Below, one piece after another: positions 1-9,697 of a DNA stretch of 64,000 bases (the first letter of the stretch is position 1; each line of letters starts with the position of its first letter). Origin of the DNA: Thermoplasmata archaeon (GTDB lineage: Archaea; Thermoplasmatota; E2; JACPAO01; JAHFTW01). The notes under the pieces are model-generated. The model saw only the letters and a program-made list of their open reading frames with translations. It was not told the DNA's origin and searched no databases. The translations under genes and the position numbers were made by a program. Location of the stretch: positions 1 to 64,000 of the forward strand of contig JAXDQS010000004.1 of assembly GCA_034667725.1 (NCBI GenBank). Reading direction: 5' to 3'.

Positions 1-1591
1 CCTCGGCAGCCGCCTCGCTGCCCTGCTGCTGGGCGTGCCGCTCCTGGTGCTCGGGCTCGGCGTCGGCGGCGCAGGCTGGCTGCCCAAGGAGTGGCTGCCC
101 GGCTTCGTGGCCGACTACCGCTTCAGCCTGCAGGTGCTCGGCCCGACGGTCGCCGCCATCGGGCTCGGCCTGCTGCTGCGGCCGCGCCTGCGCCGCCGCC
201 ACCTGCTGCCGGGCCTCGCGGTGGCGCTGGGCGCCTACTTCCTCGTTACCTACTTCGTGATCGGCAAGTACGAGAACCGGGGCGAGACCAACATCGTCGG
301 GCCCCTGCGCGGCGTGCTGCTGACCCTTTGCGTCGTCGTGCTGGTCGTCCACTGGGAGTCCGCCACCCGGGCGCTGGGCCGCGCGCTGGCGCGGTTCCGG
401 GGAATGCGTGCCGTCGCGGTGCCGGCCATGAGCTACCCGCTGCACAAGAAGTTCCGCACCGGCATGACGCTCGCCATGTTCTCGGTCGTGCTGCTGTCCA
501 TCGGGTTCTTCAGCATCTTCGGCGCGCTGTTCCAAAGCGACCCGACGCGGCAGACCGGCGGCTACGACATCGAGGCGCGCACCACCCTCACCGTCCCCGA
601 CCTGGCCGCCTACGACCAAGGGCTGGTCCCGGCCGGCGCCATCGCCGACCAGGTCCGCGTCTCCGAGTTCCGCACCGAGCAGCGCAGCTTCATCACCGTC
701 GAAGGGCAGGAGGTGGGCACGTTCCGCGACTACCGCCACGTCGTGTACGGCTACGACGAGGCGTTCGCGCGCACCCAAGACTTCGAGCTGATCGAGCGCA
801 TCCCCGAGTACGCCAGCGACCGCGCGGCCTACGAGGGCGTCCTTGCGCGCACCGACCAGGTCATCGTGAGCTACCTCTACAGCACCTCGCCGGAAGGCCA
901 GGCGCTCGTCCACGAGGCCGGCGACACCCTGCAAATCCACCTCGGCGACCAGGTGCAGAACTTCACCATCGCGGGCATCCAGGAGCAGTTCCATTTCCCC
1001 GGCGTGTTCCTGCCCGCCGCGCGCGTCGACGCCATGTTCGCCGGCACCGCCGACGTGTACCTCTACAAGCTCGCCCCCGGCGTCGACCCCGAGGCCACCG
1101 CCAAGCTCCTGGAGCGCAACTACCGCGACGTCGGCATGGACGCCAAGGCCAGCCTCGCCGAGGTGCTGGAGGAGCAGGCGAGCTTCCGCCAAGTGCTCGG
1201 CGCCATGAAGCTGTTCCTGGGGCTCGGCCTCCTCGTCGGCGTGCTGTCGCTCGGCATCATCACGAGCCGCAGCGTGCTGGAGCGCCGCCAGGAGATCGGG
1301 ATGCTGCGCGCCTTGGGCTATACCGGCAAGCAGGTGCGCCGCATCTTCTTCTCCGAGGTGACGCTCACCGTCCTGGTGGGGTCCGTCGTCGGCGTCGCGT
1401 GCGCCATCGTCGTGACCTTCGGCCTCTGGTTCGCCGTCATCCGCGAACGCAACTATCCCTACGTCGTCCCGTGGGCCGAAATCGGCGTCCTCATCGTCGT
1501 GAGCTACCTCGTCGCCCTGCTTGCGACCGCGGCCCCCATCGGCCGCAGCGCCAAGGTCGCGCCCGCCGAGGCGCTGCGCTACGTCGAGTGA
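1..1591 (+). CDS. FtsX/MacB-like ABC transporter permease (5'-truncated)
   Basis: Multiple TM helices, a large extracytoplasmic loop and the FtsX motif SVLERRQEIGMLRALG; the frame is open to the window edge. Confidence 0.9.
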   Translation, partial: LGSRLAALLLGVPLLVLGLGVGGAGWLPKEWLPGFVADYRFSLQVLGPTVAAIGLGLLLRPRLRRRHLLPGLAVALGAYFLVTYFVIGKYENRGETNIVGPLRGVLLTLCVVVLVVHWESATRALGRALARFRGMRAVAVPAMSYPLHKKFRTGMTLAMFSVVLLSIGFFSIFGALFQSDPTRQTGGYDIEARTTLTVPDLAAYDQGLVPAGAIADQVRVSEFRTEQRSFITVEGQEVGTFRDYRHVVYGYDEAFARTQDFELIERIPEYASDRAAYEGVLARTDQVIVSYLYSTSPEGQALVHEAGDTLQIHLGDQVQNFTIAGIQEQFHFPGVFLPAARVDAMFAGTADVYLYKLAPGVDPEATAKLLERNYRDVGMDAKASLAEVLEEQASFRQVLGAMKLFLGLGLLVGVLSLGIITSRSVLERRQEIGMLRALGYTGKQVRRIFFSEVTLTVLVGSVVGVACAIVVTFGLWFAVIRERNYPYVVPWAEIGVLIVVSYLVALLATAAPIGRSAKVAPAEALRYVE

Positions 1592-2013
1592 GGGCAGCGG
1601 GTGCAGGCCGACCAGAACGGGCTCTTGGTGTCGATGGGGCCCTGCTCGCCCGGCGCGGCCGGCAGGCGCGGCACCACGTTCGTCCCCGGCTTGCGGGTCA
1701 CGTAGCGCAGCTCGTCGACCGGGCGGCCGCCGACGACGTGCTCCGCCCAGACGCGGCGCGCGTCCTCCCGGCTGAGGTGGCAATACCAGGTCCCCTCGGG
1801 GTAAACCACCATCATCGGCCCGTGGCCGCACTGGCCCAGGCAGCCGGCCTTGTTGACCCGCAGCTCCTCCTTCCGGCCCGAGGCGCGCAGCAGCTCCTTC
1901 AGCTCCGCCTGCACGGCCTCGCCGCCGTCCGGCCCGCACGCCGACGGGCTGGTGCACACGAACGCGTGCCGCAGGAAACGCCGGCCGTCGCCGGTCGGGG
2001 GGCGGACCTCCAC
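1579..2013 (-). CDS. Thioredoxin-like [2Fe-2S] ferredoxin
   Basis: FVC..., GCLGQCGHGPMMVVYPEGTWY, EHVVGGRPV. Confidence 0.88.
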   Translation of the reverse strand: MEVRPPTGDGRRFLRHAFVCTSPSACGPDGGEAVQAELKELLRASGRKEELRVNKAGCLGQCGHGPMMVVYPEGTWYCHLSREDARRVWAEHVVGGRPVDELRYVTRKPGTNVVPRLPAAPGEQGPIDTKSPFWSACTRCPHST

Positions 2014-2063
2014 GGCGCCGCGATTCCCTTGGCTCTTAAGTGTCCACGCGTTGCAGCAGGGCG

Positions 2064-2360
2064 TTGGCCATCGACATCAACGGCGTGAGCATCGACGAGT
2101 GGGAAGTGCTCAACTGGGTCGCGAGCGCCGGGTTCAGCGGCGCCCTCATGCCCCAGCTCGTCCGCACGCTGCGGCGGCGCAGCGCCGACGACATCAGCCG
2201 CGTGTTCGCGACCTTGATCCTGCTCTCGTCGGTCTGCATGCTCGCCTACATGGCCCACCTGGGCAACTGGGTGTTCGCCAGCGCGCAGGCCGCGAACCTG
2301 GTGGTGTGGGGCATCGTGCTCTACTACCGCGTCAAGCCTGGGAAGCCCAAGGCCACCTAG
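2064..2360 (+). CDS. SemiSWEET/PQ-loop family small membrane protein
   Basis: MPQLVRTLRRRSADDIS PQ-loop and 3 TM helices; TTG start chosen about 23 nt after CTTAAG. Confidence 0.75.
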   Translation: MAIDINGVSIDEWEVLNWVASAGFSGALMPQLVRTLRRRSADDISRVFATLILLSSVCMLAYMAHLGNWVFASAQAANLVVWGIVLYYRVKPGKPKAT

Positions 2361-3010
2361 CGGCCGGGAACGTCGCCCCAGAGAAGTTTATGCAGCTGCA
2401 GCCCGACGTGCACCGGCAGCGGCTCGGGCTCGGCCAAGAGCCACTCCGTGATCGCCTTCGCGTCCACGCCGCCGACCGGGTTGAAGAACACCGGGCACGG
2501 GAACGGCCCCTTGGCGCGAACCACCTCGCGGGCGAAGCCGTAGTCGGCGCGGTCGGCCACCACGAACTTGAGCTGGTCGGGCGCGCGCAGGTCCGCCAGC
2601 AGGGACAGGTCGTTCTTGTCCGCCATGCCGGAGCCGGGGCACTTGACGTCCATGCTGATGCACAGCCGGGCGCGCTGGTCGGCGGGTAGGGCATTGGCCT
2701 TGGCGAACGAGATGTTGCCGGAGGTCTCCACGAGGACGCTGCGGCCGTCGTCCAAGAGGCGCTGGATGAAGTCCCAGGCGTCCTTCTGCAGCAACGGCTC
2801 GCCGCCGGTGAAGCAGACCTCCTGGGTCGGGTGGGCGCGGACCTGGGCCATCAGGTCGTCGAGGCCTTGCCTGGTGCCGCCGTGGAACGCGTAGGCCGCG
2901 TCGCACCAGGTGCAGCGCAGGTGGCACCCCGTCGCCCGGACGAAGGTGGTGGGCAGCCCCATGCGGCGGCCCTCGCCTTGGATGCTGTAGAACACCTCCG
3001 TGACCTGCAT
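2357..3010 (-). CDS. queE: 7-carboxy-7-deazaguanine synthase (radical SAM)
   Basis: EVFYSIQGEG, CHLRCTWCD, TGGEPLLQ, LQLHK. Confidence 0.93.
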   Translation of the reverse strand: MQVTEVFYSIQGEGRRMGLPTTFVRATGCHLRCTWCDAAYAFHGGTRQGLDDLMAQVRAHPTQEVCFTGGEPLLQKDAWDFIQRLLDDGRSVLVETSGNISFAKANALPADQRARLCISMDVKCPGSGMADKNDLSLLADLRAPDQLKFVVADRADYGFAREVVRAKGPFPCPVFFNPVGGVDAKAITEWLLAEPEPLPVHVGLQLHKLLWGDVPGR

Positions 3011-3090
3011 GGGTGCGCCGAGGACGCCGGCGCTTAATGGCTTCGCCTGCGTGCCGCAACGCTGAAAGCCCCGTGCGCTGCGTCGAGCGC

Positions 3091-4443
3091 ATGCGCCTCC
3101 TTGTCGCCATCCTCGTGGCGGCCGTCGCCTTCGCCGGCTGCACCACGGACGAGCCCGCCCCGCCCCAGCCGCCCGGCCCGCCCGCCGAGCCCGCCCCCGA
3201 CCTCCTGTTCGGCACGCCCGTCATGGTGGACGCGGACCGCATCGCGTCGGAGCCCAGCGTCAAGTCCGACGGCACCGGCGCCCTGTTCATCTGCGCGCCC
3301 ACCGGCTCGATCAAGTACGCCACCCGCCCGCAGGACCTCCTGGTCGAGGCCGACAAGGGCGCCTTCCAGTCGGCCATCTGGCGCAGCCTCGACAACGGCA
3401 CCACCTGGCAGTTCGCGGAGACCCCGGTCGCCGAGGGCACGGGGCTGCCCTACCACTCGGCGCTGCCGGGCGCCGGCGACTGCGACCTCGCGGTGGACGC
3501 GGACGGCGCCGTCTACATGACCGACCAGCTCGGCCTGGCCTCCGAGGTCATGTCGGTGTCGTTCGACCAAGGCCAGACCTGGGAGGTCGGCAGCCCCCTC
3601 GCCTCCGGCTCGGCCGGCGTGGACCGCCAATGGCTCTGGCCCGACCCCACGACGCCGGGCACCGTCTACATGGTGTTCAACGGCCAAGGGCAGGGCATCA
3701 CGGTGTCGAAGACCACGGACAGCGGCAAGACCTGGACCGCCGTCGTCGCCACCGACCAATCCAGCCCGCCCGGCACCATCGTCGCCCTCAACGGCACCGT
3801 GGCGTTCGCGCACCGCCCCGTCGGCGGCAAGTTCGGCTTCGTCCACTCCGAGGACGCCGGCGCCACCTGGGACACCACCCTCGTCGACGTGAACCTCACC
3901 ACGTTCCAGGACTTCTTCCCGCAGCTGTTCGCCGACGCCGCCGGCACGCTCTACCTCGCCTGGACCGAGACCTCCGACCTCGGCACCGCCGTCGCCTACA
4001 GCTTCAGCAAGGACCTTGGCGCCACCTGGTCTCCCAAGACCATCGCGTTCGACCACCCGGGCCGCAGCCTGTTCCTGTGGGGCACCGCCGGCTCCGCGGG
4101 CCGCCTCGGCTTCTCCTGGTACGAAGCCCCCGACCCCGACGGCGCCTACTACGTCCACGCCGGCGTCGTCCACGGCGCCGACACCGCCAGCCCGGTGCGC
4201 GACGACGTCCGCGTGGACGCCGAGCCGGTGCGCCCCGACCCGCCCTGCGAGGACGGCGCCTTGTGCACCGGCGGCCGCGAGCTGGGCGACTTCCAGATGT
4301 GCGCCATCGACCCGGCCGGCAACCTGCTGGTCAGCTACGTCCGCGTGCTGCCCGACGACGCCGCCGGCCGCATCATGTTCGCCAAGGCGACGGGAGCCAA
4401 CCTGTTCGCGGCGGGCGAGACGTTCGACCCCTGGGTCGTCTAG
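3091..4443 (+). CDS. Lipoprotein with BNR/Asp-box repeats (sialidase-like beta-propeller)
   Basis: Lipobox FAGC; repeated S.D.G.TW Asp-boxes. Confidence 0.8.
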   Translation: MRLLVAILVAAVAFAGCTTDEPAPPQPPGPPAEPAPDLLFGTPVMVDADRIASEPSVKSDGTGALFICAPTGSIKYATRPQDLLVEADKGAFQSAIWRSLDNGTTWQFAETPVAEGTGLPYHSALPGAGDCDLAVDADGAVYMTDQLGLASEVMSVSFDQGQTWEVGSPLASGSAGVDRQWLWPDPTTPGTVYMVFNGQGQGITVSKTTDSGKTWTAVVATDQSSPPGTIVALNGTVAFAHRPVGGKFGFVHSEDAGATWDTTLVDVNLTTFQDFFPQLFADAAGTLYLAWTETSDLGTAVAYSFSKDLGATWSPKTIAFDHPGRSLFLWGTAGSAGRLGFSWYEAPDPDGAYYVHAGVVHGADTASPVRDDVRVDAEPVRPDPPCEDGALCTGGRELGDFQMCAIDPAGNLLVSYVRVLPDDAAGRIMFAKATGANLFAAGETFDPWVV

Positions 4444-4490
4444 CCGCTCCCTATCGAACGCTTGAAGTCGCATCCCAGGCATCGACCGCC

Positions 4491-5648
4491 GTGATGACGG
4501 CGCCCCTCGTGTCCCTGCGTGGCCCGGTCCCGACCCCGCGCGAGCTTGGCTTCCGGATGCCCGCCGAGTGGGAGCCCCAGGAATCGGTGTGGCTGGTCTG
4601 GCCCCGCGACCCCTTGACCTGGCCCGACCGCGTCGACAAGGCGCGCTTCACCTTCCTGGCCGCGATGAAGCTCGTGACGCCGCACCAGCGCGTGGACCTC
4701 GTCGTCCACCCCGACCTGCTGGAGGAGGCCAAGGCCGCGGTGGCAGGGGCCGGCGTGAAGAACGTCGCGTTCCACGCCGTCGAGCATCAGGACTCCTGGA
4801 TCCGCGACTACGGCCCGCTCTACGTCACCAAGGGCCCGCCGGAGTCCCGCGAGCGCATGGCCGTCCGCTTCCAGTTCAACGCCTGGGGCAACAAGTACGA
4901 GCAGCTCCTGAAGGACCGCAAGGTCATCGCCCAGCTTGGGGACGCCATCCAGGCGCCGCTGCACAGCGTCGAGATGATCCTCGAAGGCGGCAGCATCGAC
5001 GTCGACGGCTGGGGCACGGCGCTCACCACCAAGCAGTGCCTCCTCAACAAGAACCGCAACCCGGACATGGGCCAGGCGGACATCGAGCGCCAGCTGGAGG
5101 AGTACCTCGGCATCCGCAAGGCCATCTGGCTGGGCGACGGCATCCGCGGCGACGACACCGACGGCCACGTCGACGACGTCGCGCGCTTCTGCGGGCCCGC
5201 CCTGGTGGCCACCGCCGTCGAGGAGGACCTGCGCCACCCCAACCACGCGCCCCTCCAGGACAACTTCGACATCCTGCAACGCGCCGTCGACGCCCGCGGC
5301 CGCCCGCTGCGGGTCGTCGAGATTCCGATGCCGGCCGACATGCTGGACGACGAGGGGGAGCCGCTGCCCGCCAGCCACCTCAACTTCCTCATCACCAACG
5401 GCGTGGTGCTGATGCCCGCGTTCGGCGGCAAGTCGGACGAGGTCGCCCAGCGCCGCCTCCAGCAGTGCTTCAAGGACCGCCCCGTGGTCCCCCTCGACTG
5501 CCGCGACCTGGTCTGGGGCATGGGCGCCATCCACTGCCTCAGCCAGCAGATGCCGGCCACCACCGTCCAGGCGCCCTCCGTCTTGGACGAGTTCCGCAAG
5601 GGCGTCCGCGTCGACGGGATGCGCACCGACCGGCTGCGGCAGGACTGA
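4491..5648 (+). CDS. aguA: Agmatine deiminase
   Basis: FRMPAEWEPQ, WIRDYGP, LEGGSIDVDG, DDTDGHVDD, GAIHCLSQQ. Confidence 0.93.
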   Translation: MMTAPLVSLRGPVPTPRELGFRMPAEWEPQESVWLVWPRDPLTWPDRVDKARFTFLAAMKLVTPHQRVDLVVHPDLLEEAKAAVAGAGVKNVAFHAVEHQDSWIRDYGPLYVTKGPPESRERMAVRFQFNAWGNKYEQLLKDRKVIAQLGDAIQAPLHSVEMILEGGSIDVDGWGTALTTKQCLLNKNRNPDMGQADIERQLEEYLGIRKAIWLGDGIRGDDTDGHVDDVARFCGPALVATAVEEDLRHPNHAPLQDNFDILQRAVDARGRPLRVVEIPMPADMLDDEGEPLPASHLNFLITNGVVLMPAFGGKSDEVAQRRLQQCFKDRPVVPLDCRDLVWGMGAIHCLSQQMPATTVQAPSVLDEFRKGVRVDGMRTDRLRQD

Positions 5649-5678
5649 GTTCAAGTCGCCCATCCCCTGCCCCGCCCC

Positions 5679-6563
5679 GTGCCCCTCCGCTCCCCTGACG
5701 TGCAGGCGGCCGCGGCGCCGCGCCCGTTCGCGCTGACGCGCGTCGGCGTCCGCGGGGTCCGCAAGCCGGCCACCGTCCACCGGCCGGGCCAGAAGGCCCA
5801 CGGCGTGGTGGCGGTGTTCGACCTGTTCGTGGACCTGCCGAAGACCCAGAAGGGCACCCACATGAGCCGCAACCTGGAGGCGTTGGCGGACATCCTGGAC
5901 GACGAGACCCGCGGGCACGAGGACGCGGGGCTGGAGAACCTGTGTGGCCGGCTGGCGGCGCGGCTCTTGGAGAAGCACGACTACGCGACCCACGCCGTCG
6001 TGCACGCCGAGGGCGACTACTTCCTGACGCGCACCAACCCCGGCGGCAAGCCGAGCGTCGAGGCCTACACCATCCTGGCGGAGGCGGAGGCGTTCCGCGA
6101 CGGCAAGCCCGCGGTGCGGCGCATCGGCGTCGAGGTCGTCGGCATGACGGCGTGCCCGTGCGCCATGGAGACGGCGCGCCACAAGTTCGCGCAGCTGGGC
6201 AAGCCGGTCCCGCCCGACCTGCCGTTCATCACGCACAACCAGCGCAACCGCGTCCGCCTGATGCTGGACGTGCCGGGCGACGCCGACGTCGAGGCCGCCC
6301 ACCTGGTGGACCTGTGCGAGCAGGGGCTGTCGGCGCCGACGTTCGAGCTCCTCAAGCGCGGCGACGAGGGCGACCTCGTGATCCAGGCGCACGCCGCGCC
6401 GCGCTTTGTGGAGGACGTGGTGCGCGAGGTGCTGCACGCCGCCCGCGACCGGTTCCGCGCCTTGGGCGACACGGGCATCTTCGTCTCCAGCGAGGCCGAG
6501 GAGTCGATCCACAAGCACAACGCCTACGCCGAGCGCCGCACCACCCTCGGTGCCTTGGAATGA
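5679..6563 (+). CDS. mptA: GTP cyclohydrolase FolE2/MptA
   Basis: KGTHMSR, GMTACPCA, THNQR, FVEDVVR, EESIHKHNAYA. Confidence 0.9.
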   Translation: MPLRSPDVQAAAAPRPFALTRVGVRGVRKPATVHRPGQKAHGVVAVFDLFVDLPKTQKGTHMSRNLEALADILDDETRGHEDAGLENLCGRLAARLLEKHDYATHAVVHAEGDYFLTRTNPGGKPSVEAYTILAEAEAFRDGKPAVRRIGVEVVGMTACPCAMETARHKFAQLGKPVPPDLPFITHNQRNRVRLMLDVPGDADVEAAHLVDLCEQGLSAPTFELLKRGDEGDLVIQAHAAPRFVEDVVREVLHAARDRFRALGDTGIFVSSEAEESIHKHNAYAERRTTLGALE

Positions 6564-7111
6564 CCTTCACGGTGTTCCTGGACCGCGACGGGGTCCTGGA
6601 CGTGGCCCGCGCGCCGTTCGTCGGCTCCTACGCGCAGTGGGAATGGCTGCCCGGCGCCAAGGAGGCGCTCGCCCGCCTCAACCGGCCCGGCATCCAGGTC
6701 TGCCTGGCCACCAACCAGCCGTTCGTCGGCCTCGGCCTGCTGCCTCGCCGCCGGCTGGCGCGCCTGCACGCCGCCGTCCTGGAGGACGCGCGGGCGGCCG
6801 GCGGCCGCCTCGACCGCATCGAAGTGGCCGAATGGCCCTTCGCGCGGCGCGCCAAGCCGCGGCCGGGGATGCTGGAGGACGGCGGCCGCGCGCTCGGCGC
6901 CGACCCGAAGCGCGCCGTCCTGGTGGGCGACAACGTCAAGGACGCGCGCGCCGCCCACGCCTACGGTTGCCGCGCCATCCTGGTCGCGACGACCCACCCG
7001 CGCGAGCGGCTGGAGCGCCGCCTCGCCGCCTTCGGCCTCGTCGTCCCGATCGTGGCGGGGCTGCCGCAGGCGGTGGACCTCATCGAGTCCTGGCTGCCGG
7101 AGCCCGCATGA
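6560..7111 (+). CDS. HAD-IIIA phosphatase (GmhB/histidinol-phosphatase-like)
   Basis: VFLDRDGVL, TNQ, KPRPGML, VGD. Confidence 0.85.
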   Translation: MTFTVFLDRDGVLDVARAPFVGSYAQWEWLPGAKEALARLNRPGIQVCLATNQPFVGLGLLPRRRLARLHAAVLEDARAAGGRLDRIEVAEWPFARRAKPRPGMLEDGGRALGADPKRAVLVGDNVKDARAAHAYGCRAILVATTHPRERLERRLAAFGLVVPIVAGLPQAVDLIESWLPEPA

Positions 7112-7917
7112 CGAGCATCCACAACGACCAGTTCTACGGCGCCAAGGTGCCGCGCAAGCCGCCGTTCTTGATCCACAACGCGCGCCAGCCGTGGCGGCTC
7201 GGGCTCTGGATGTTCCTGGCGGGCTTCGTGTCGGTGTTCGTGTCGCAGGCGAACCCGCTCTACCAGATCGTCCTCGGCGCCCCCATCTTCGAGGAGCTGC
7301 TGAAGGCCGGCCTCACGCTCCTCTTGGTCGGCGGCTGGACGCGCGGCGTGTGGGGGCTCGCCGTCCGCTTGGTGGCAGGCTTCGCGGTCGGCGGCGGCTT
7401 CGGCGTGCTGGAGCACTATTTCTCCTACTGGGACGAACCGGACGCGATGCTGTGGTTCCGCGTCGTGTTCCACGGCGCCAGCACCACGCTGTCGATGCTG
7501 ACGCTGCACGTGCTGTCGGCGTCGCGCCGCCCGGTCGTCCGCTGGCTCGCCACCGCGCCCAGCACCGCCGTCCACTACCTGCACAACACCTCGGCGGTCC
7601 TGCTGCTGTTGCTCGGCGCCTCGTCGGGCCGCGACTTCGCCGTGCTCGACCTCATCCTGCTGTTCCTCAGCCCCGGCCTCCTCTTGGCCGGCCACCTCAT
7701 GGTGCCGGCTTCCGCGGACCCGCTGCGGGCGGCCGCGGAGGGCTGGGCGGCGCGCCACCTTGGGGCGGCGGCCCAGGCGGACGCGCCGGGGGTGCCGGCC
7801 GGATGGGCGCCGCCGGCGGGGCCGGGCGCCACCCGGCCGCCAGGCCCGCCGCAGGCGGGGCCGGCGCCGCGGGCGGGGCCCAGCCGGCCACCGCCGCGGG
7901 CGCCGCCGGGGCCCTGA
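7108..7917 (+). CDS. PrsW-family intramembrane glutamic protease
   Basis: APIFEELLK, GFGVLE, FHG and VHYLHN motifs in a multi-TM protein. Confidence 0.75.
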   Translation: MTSIHNDQFYGAKVPRKPPFLIHNARQPWRLGLWMFLAGFVSVFVSQANPLYQIVLGAPIFEELLKAGLTLLLVGGWTRGVWGLAVRLVAGFAVGGGFGVLEHYFSYWDEPDAMLWFRVVFHGASTTLSMLTLHVLSASRRPVVRWLATAPSTAVHYLHNTSAVLLLLLGASSGRDFAVLDLILLFLSPGLLLAGHLMVPASADPLRAAAEGWAARHLGAAAQADAPGVPAGWAPPAGPGATRPPGPPQAGPAPRAGPSRPPPRAPPGP

Positions 7918-8434
7918 AGGCCGCGGCGCGCGCGTCGTAGGCCTCCCACACCCGGTTGAGGCTGGGCTGCAGGATGGCGGCCGTGGTGGCCATGGCGCCG
8001 AGCAGCAGCAAGGCGCCGAGGGTGCTGAAGCGGGCGTAGACCGCGAACGCCTCGTCCTCGTCGCCGGTCGCGTCGAAATGGGCGTCGGCCGCCCTTTGGC
8101 CCGCGACGTCGAGCACGATGGAGCCGACGATGGCGGCGGCGACGATCACGATGGGGATGGCAGGGGCGAGGGCGCGCAGGCCGAAGCGCTGCTGGACGTG
8201 GCGCAGGTTGCCGCCGGCCAAGCCCAGGAACACCAAGAGCGGGAACAGCACCGCCCAGAAGAGCAGCCAGCCCTGCGGGTCGCTGCGGCCCTCCCGGTCC
8301 AGCTCGAACTGGCGGTACACCTCGTTGTTGGACTTGTGGAGCCAGTAGAGCCAATAGACGCCGAACGTGACGAGGACCAGGCCGACAGTCGCCCGCGGCC
8401 GCCGCGCCTTGCCGACCTTCCGGTCCAGGACCAT
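7697..8434 (-). CDS. DUF4234-like membrane protein
   Basis: LVTFGVYWLYWLHKSNNE and LQPSLNRVW motifs; Pro/Ala-rich tail. Confidence 0.65.
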   Translation of the reverse strand: MVLDRKVGKARRPRATVGLVLVTFGVYWLYWLHKSNNEVYRQFELDREGRSDPQGWLLFWAVLFPLLVFLGLAGGNLRHVQQRFGLRALAPAIPIVIVAAAIVGSIVLDVAGQRAADAHFDATGDEDEAFAVYARFSTLGALLLLGAMATTAAILQPSLNRVWEAYDARAAAFRAPAAPAAVAGWAPPAAPAPPAAGLAAGWRPAPPAAPIRPAPPARPPGPPPQGGAPPSPPRPPAAGPRKPAP

Positions 8435-8578
8435 GGCTCCGCCTACGCTGAAGAGTCCGGAAGAAGGTTTGGTGCTTGGGCCCAATGCCCTCCTGACCCT
8501 TGGTGTGTCCCACTGGCGGCATTCTCCAAACCCCGGCAAAGGTCCAAGGTGGTCCAGGACCTCAAGGGTCAGTAGCCA

Positions 8579-9697
8579 ATGGCCGACGCACTCACGGTTG
8601 TGGACCTGTTCTGCGGTGCCGGGGGGCTTAGCAAGGGCCTGGAACTCTACAATCGCAACGGGCGCTTCGATGGGCCGCGCCCCAAAGCCAAGTTCGAGGT
8701 CCAAGCCGGGCTTGACATCTACCAGCCTGCCTTGGACACGTTCTACCGCAATCACGAATGTCCACCGACGCGATTCACCGAATCGACAGATATCTCGCGC
8801 GTGTCGGGGAAGGAGATTCGGCAAGCAGCCGGAATCTCTAAGGTCGATATCGTTGTTGGCGGACCTCCGTGCCAAGGATTCAGCCAAGCGGGCAATCGTG
8901 ACGCTGCCGACGAACGCAATGCACTGGTGAAGCACTTTGTGAGGCTAGTTGGGGAGTTGCGGCCTTCGTATTTTGTGATGGAGAATGTTCCCGGCCTGCG
9001 TAAAACTGAGCATACGGTTGGAAACAGTTACTTGGAATGGATATTAGGCAAGTTCAAGGCGCTTACCTACGAACTCACATTTTCTCAGCTCACGGCCGCC
9101 GACTATGGGGTCCCTCAGAACCGCCGCAGGGTTGTCATTATCGGCAGCTTGGGAAACGGAAGGGTCGCACTCCCCGAGGCCACGCACGCGGTGCAGGGGG
9201 ACCTTTCCGGGAAGCGCAAGAGGCTGGTTACGGTGGGCGACGCCATCCTGGACTTGCCGTCCCCCCAGGGCGAAGGGCCGTTTGCCTATGAGAAGCCGGC
9301 CCACAGCAAGTACGCAGAGGTCATGCGACGAGACTCCGACGGAGTGTACAATCACGTCCGACCAGCGCATACGCCGGACATGGTTGCCAAGATTGCCAAG
9401 CAGAAACCGGGCACTCGCCTCTACCCGAACTTCAACCATGCGTGGATTCGTCTCCACTTGCAAAAGCAGAGCCCAACAGTAAAGCAGAACAACCGTGCGC
9501 CGGCTGTCCATCCAGTGGACAACCGGGTAACGACAGTTAGGGAGTGCGCGCGCCTCCAGAGCTTTCCTGATTCCTTCATTTTCTCGGGCACGAAGAGTTC
9601 GCAACTGCTACAGGTGGGAAACGCCGTGCCACCCTTGCTTGCACGAGCCTTGGCTCAGGCGATTGCTACACACGCGTGCGGTCAAGACGCTGTTTAA
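8579..9697 (+). CDS. DNA (cytosine-5)-methyltransferase
   Basis: Motifs I DLFCGAGG, IV GGPPCQGFS, VI ENVPG, VIII QNRRR, IX RECARLQSFPD, X QVGNAVPP; atypical codon usage. Confidence 0.96.
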   Translation: MADALTVVDLFCGAGGLSKGLELYNRNGRFDGPRPKAKFEVQAGLDIYQPALDTFYRNHECPPTRFTESTDISRVSGKEIRQAAGISKVDIVVGGPPCQGFSQAGNRDAADERNALVKHFVRLVGELRPSYFVMENVPGLRKTEHTVGNSYLEWILGKFKALTYELTFSQLTAADYGVPQNRRRVVIIGSLGNGRVALPEATHAVQGDLSGKRKRLVTVGDAILDLPSPQGEGPFAYEKPAHSKYAEVMRRDSDGVYNHVRPAHTPDMVAKIAKQKPGTRLYPNFNHAWIRLHLQKQSPTVKQNNRAPAVHPVDNRVTTVRECARLQSFPDSFIFSGTKSSQLLQVGNAVPPLLARALAQAIATHACGQDAV

